50,552 nucleotides of DNA from Planctomycetota bacterium (GTDB taxonomy: Bacteria > Planctomycetota > SZUA-567 > H5-PLA8): contig JBBRPR010000060.1 in NCBI GenBank assembly GCA_038227875.1, forward strand, positions 1-50,552, read 5' to 3'. Positions 46,961 through 50,552 of the stretch are shown one piece after another. The notes under the pieces were generated by a model. It made no database searches. It saw only the letters and a list, made by a program, of their open reading frames with translations, and was not told the origin of the DNA. The first letter of the stretch is position 1; each line of letters begins with the position of its first letter. Position numbers and translations under genes: made by a program.

Positions 46961-48472
46961 TTACTCTTTCTTCAAAGCATGACAGGAAGAGCACGTTTTC
47001 TTTAAGCTAACTTGCTCTTCCGGATGTTCAAAGGGAGCCACCTTGTATTGCGGACCTTTGCCATCATCTTTCGTCGTGCTTTGACTGACAACAATATGGC
47101 ATGCATCGCATTTCTGGGTAATGGCAACTTTAGCGGCAGAGACATGTTTGCCATCGTGACAGCGTTCGCAACCTTTGTATTCAAAATGACCCATATTGTT
47201 GATAAACCCGCGATAATCAACTCCCTGTTGGGGAAAGAAATTAGTGCTGTAAATGTCTTTAATGTTTTCACGTGCCTGAGACATTAATGGATCTTGCGCG
47301 GATATTTTCTTATCCTTGATCAGATCGTCCAGCATCGTATCAATGGTAGTCAGTGCTTCCGCTTTGGTCTTGTACTCGCCTTTAATCGCTTTCAACGCGG
47401 CGTTTTTAATGCCAGGCAGCGTCGGGGAAATCAACCCCTTGTCCATCGCAATATCCAAAGCCCGGGCCGGTGAATTAAAAACATGCGCGGGACGGCTGTG
47501 ACAGTCAAGGCAATCCATGGATCGCAGGCTTCCCTCGGATAGCGCGGTGCGATCGAAGTCGGATGTTACGTACTCTTCCGTGCGTCCGTCCTTATAACTG
47601 ACGCGCACATAGGGAATCTTCTGCCGCTTATCGTCGAGGGGCAGGTACTTGATCTCCATGCCCTCGTTCATATGCCAATGCGCTCCCGCCTCGCGATCAG
47701 AATTGCCGCTGCCCACTTTCATCAACAGATTGAAGCGAACTGGCGTATTTTCGTCATCGATTCCAAAATGTGTAAAAACTTTTTCCACCGAGCGAAATGT
47801 TCGGTCGGGAGAATGGCAGGCGCCGCAGGTCTCCTGGGCTCTGCGAAGATTTGCAATCGGTGTTTTGATGGGGGTTTTGAAGTTGCCCGTCAACGTCTGC
47901 CAAACCTGCCCCATCCCTCTGTATTTGGCTTTTACGAAATGCTCGGCCCCTGGCCCGATGTGACACTCCACGCAATTGACGTGAGCGTGGGGAGATCTCA
48001 AGTATGCTGTGTATTCCGGTTCCATGACCTGGTGGCAGGCCTTTCCGCAAAATGCAGTGGAATCGGTATAGTGATAGCTCTTATACGTGGCGAATCCCGC
48101 CGTGGATAGCCAACTGACTGTCATCAGCAGCGCGATGACTATCGCAAGAACTTGTGATTTTCGAGTATGGCCCGGGATAATACTTGTTTCCACGCCATAT
48201 TTGCGGGTACGCCGCCACTTCCAGATCATTCCAATCAGGGTAAAGACCGCGCTCCCGCAGAATAAAAGCGGCAGGACCATGTATGTTACGATGCCGTTGT
48301 AGATATTCTCTTCTTTGAATATCCCCAGAACATCCATTCCGATCATGATCAACAAGAACAGTCCAAAAAATACCATTCCAATTACGCCCATCAAACTAAT
48401 GAGATTCTTGATTAGATATGAGAATGTGAGGCGGTTTTTTGCGGTAGAGGTTGCATTAGGCGTTGTTTCCAC
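46961..48472 (-). CDS. NapC/NirT-family membrane multiheme cytochrome c, 3 TM helices and 7 heme sites
   Basis: CGKACH, CVECH, CGACH, CLDCH, CERCH, CDACH, CSSCH; TDSTAFCG..CH.VM.PEY NapC-like motif. Confidence 0.9.
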   Translation of the reverse strand: METTPNATSTAKNRLTFSYLIKNLISLMGVIGMVFFGLFLLIMIGMDVLGIFKEENIYNGIVTYMVLPLLFCGSAVFTLIGMIWKWRRTRKYGVETSIIPGHTRKSQVLAIVIALLMTVSWLSTAGFATYKSYHYTDSTAFCGKACHQVMEPEYTAYLRSPHAHVNCVECHIGPGAEHFVKAKYRGMGQVWQTLTGNFKTPIKTPIANLRRAQETCGACHSPDRTFRSVEKVFTHFGIDDENTPVRFNLLMKVGSGNSDREAGAHWHMNEGMEIKYLPLDDKRQKIPYVRVSYKDGRTEEYVTSDFDRTALSEGSLRSMDCLDCHSRPAHVFNSPARALDIAMDKGLISPTLPGIKNAALKAIKGEYKTKAEALTTIDTMLDDLIKDKKISAQDPLMSQARENIKDIYSTNFFPQQGVDYRGFINNMGHFEYKGCERCHDGKHVSAAKVAITQKCDACHIVVSQSTTKDDGKGPQYKVAPFEHPEEQVSLKKTCSSCHALKKE

Positions 48473-48528
48473 TTGGACCGATCTCCACTCGTTTTGTGAT
48501 TCAATTACATTTGAGTCAATTGCTAGTA

Positions 48529-48560
48529 AAACGCGTGGACGCTTGAGCGCCCACGCGTTT
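48529..48560 (-). terminator. Strong hairpin between the two cytochrome genes
   Basis: AAACGCGTGGACGC-TTGA-GCGCCCACGCGTTT; the single mismatch is a G-U pair on the minus strand; short U-run. Confidence 0.65.
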
Positions 48561-48622
48561 CGCTTCCGAGTATCCTACCACATTACCTTACGACTCAAAG
48601 ACACTAACCTCTTACCCTACCT

Positions 48623-50461
48623 TCAGGGCGCTGGCGCTGACGGGTCGGGCTGTGATGCCTGGAATGGCAGCTTAGACGCGTCATGACAGTTGCCACACGA
48701 ATTGGTGTACGGCACAGGCATTGCCTCTCGAATCGCCGGCGGCGTAGATGTCGGCAATCCGCCCGGAAGTTGTCCCGCGACACCTGGATTAAACTTACGC
48801 GGCACATCCCAGATGTGTGAGGATTGATCGTTTTGCCAGTAGGTAAAGTTTGCATCGGTCGACAAGCCTGTAGGAGTACCCATGATCAGCCCGGGCCGGC
48901 CTGCTCCGCCCTTTCCAGTTCTGACCATATGGCAATCGATGCATTTCATGCTTTGTCCACTCATCGCCGCACCCGTCTTCAAGGTTACGTGCTGAGTAAC
49001 ATCAACAGCATGGCACTTCAGGCAGAGGCTCGCGGATGAAGAGGAATCATCCGGATCACCTTTCAGTGAATATCGATAAGGACTATCACCCATTGAATCA
49101 TGGCAGTCGTCGCACGAAACCAATTGTCGACCATTTCTATAGTGCGACGACAGCAGATAATTGGAGTACGTCAAACCTTCATGTCCGCCTTTTTCGAAGC
49201 GGCCATCCTGCCAGAGTCTGCTTAATGGTGCGCCCTTCGCCGTGGGGGTCACATAATTCGCCAAGTAGTCCGCCCGGCTGATGCCCGGCGGGGGATATTT
49301 GTTGATCGTGTCAAGAGGGCTTCCACCGTCCTGATGGCAGCGTCCACAAATGAGCGCAGCACGGTCCGAACCGAGGTATTGCGGATTGATAATAAACTTT
49401 CCTGTCGTGTCTGCCGCTGGATTTGGTTTTTTGCCTTTCGCAACCGGTGTTGTGGTCGGTCCAATAATAGTCTGAAGATTGGCATCGCGGTGCGTGGATC
49501 CAGCGCCATGGCACTGTTCACAACCAATCCCCATGTCCTGCAGCGAACCGTCGCCTCCGAGATCATAGACACCGTTGGGATCGTCAACCGTATGAGCCAA
49601 CGATTCTCCCGTGGTAGGATTGGTGAATTTCTGGAAGGTGCCTGCGCCGATATGGCAGACGGCGCAGCTGCTGGCGCTGCTCTTAGTAGCAAATGAGGCA
49701 TAGGGCGTTAAAACGCTTTTCGAGGGCGTGGCATTGACGGTAAAGAAGTCGGAAAGTCCACCGCCGCCCGAGCCCGTCTCTGAAAATGGCTTACGCGTTC
49801 GATCATAGTTGCTCATCAAGCCCTGGGAAGCATTTCCGGTAAACGCCTGGTAGGTGATGAAACGATATAGTCCTTTCAGGCCCGGCGCATTTAACAAAAG
49901 TCGCTGTCTCAAATATCCGCCCATTGTCAAGGGCACTGTGAAGTTGAGCAATTTGTTGGGATCAGATGGATTGATTACATTTTCAAGTGTGACATTGTAA
50001 GTTCCGGCTGCGTTGTACCAAAGATACGCTTTTAGCCAGATTTCGCCTTTCTTTCCTGTTGTAGGATCAATATTTGTTCCGGGGGTATTCTCGTAAATAA
50101 TGAACTTATTCGATTGGCTCGCGCTATATTCCTGAAAGTACAGCGTTTCAATTGTCGTCGCAGGCGCAACGGGCGTCTTGTAGTCCGTGGCCAGTGTAAA
50201 TTTATTAATAAAATCGTTCCATGTTGAGCCCGGATGATGATTGGAATCCTGATTGGCAGTGTCCTGACCGGGTTTGTGGAACATCAACGCATGACCATGA
50301 TGCTTATTACTGGTCATATCCAACTTGCTGCCTGCACCGTGACAAACATAGCACGCGCTGGTGCCGATATACGTCGCGGCGGCTGGAGTGGCCCAACTCA
50401 GTTTAATCTGCAACCCGGATTTAGTGATCGCCTTGGTGTCAGGGCTCTCACAGTATTGCAT
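48623..50461 (-). CDS. Octaheme cytochrome c (c554/c552-like), apparently missing its N-terminus
   Basis: CYVCH, CAVCH, CEQCH, CGRCH, CDDCH, CLKCH, CIDCH, CGNCH; no signal peptide; in-frame TGA at 50504-50506. Confidence 0.8.
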   Translation of the reverse strand: MQYCESPDTKAITKSGLQIKLSWATPAAATYIGTSACYVCHGAGSKLDMTSNKHHGHALMFHKPGQDTANQDSNHHPGSTWNDFINKFTLATDYKTPVAPATTIETLYFQEYSASQSNKFIIYENTPGTNIDPTTGKKGEIWLKAYLWYNAAGTYNVTLENVINPSDPNKLLNFTVPLTMGGYLRQRLLLNAPGLKGLYRFITYQAFTGNASQGLMSNYDRTRKPFSETGSGGGGLSDFFTVNATPSKSVLTPYASFATKSSASSCAVCHIGAGTFQKFTNPTTGESLAHTVDDPNGVYDLGGDGSLQDMGIGCEQCHGAGSTHRDANLQTIIGPTTTPVAKGKKPNPAADTTGKFIINPQYLGSDRAALICGRCHQDGGSPLDTINKYPPPGISRADYLANYVTPTAKGAPLSRLWQDGRFEKGGHEGLTYSNYLLSSHYRNGRQLVSCDDCHDSMGDSPYRYSLKGDPDDSSSSASLCLKCHAVDVTQHVTLKTGAAMSGQSMKCIDCHMVRTGKGGAGRPGLIMGTPTGLSTDANFTYWQNDQSSHIWDVPRKFNPGVAGQLPGGLPTSTPPAIREAMPVPYTNSCGNCHDASKLPFQASQPDPSAPAP

Positions 50462-50552
50462 CGTAGACAGCAGTAATTCTCGCGCTAATCTGCGCCGATG
50501 CGGTCAGTAGGCCGCAGAAGATTTCGGACGGTTATAAAAACAGCAGGTCCCC

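Overview
GC-rich bacterial chromosomal segment, very probably Planctomycetota (DUF1559-type prepilin, SAM/PQQ-propeller fusion, PKD proteins, planctomycete-style T2SS gene order). 1-30.5 kb is a patchwork of secreted or carbohydrate-active enzymes (sialate O-acetylesterase, CE7 esterase, GH28-like beta-helix, GH20-like and DUF4832-like CBM proteins, matrixin), hydrolases, oxidoreductases, AraC and GntR regulators and a CDF metal exporter. 30.7-44.7 kb holds a six-IPT/TIG protein and a type II secretion operon (Spy-like gene, gspE-F-G-H-I-J-K, PilM/N-like, PilO-like, GspC-like, gspD). 44.7-50.5 kb is a convergent, lower-GC block: HEAT protein, 7-heme NapC/NirT-type cytochrome and an apparently 5'-truncated 8-heme cytochrome. 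No rRNA, tRNA, CRISPR array or transposase was seen. The most unusual non-coding signals are intergenic clusters of spacer-less palindromes with different cores, several in a 28-bp GACC...GGTC frame (29.62-29.75 kb, 25.7-25.8 kb, plus a related site before the T2SS operon), a recurrent TAA-N19-TTA site, and a small lipoprotein ORF with an in-frame UGA followed by a SECIS-like hairpin. All protein family calls are from motif recognition by eye, not database searches.
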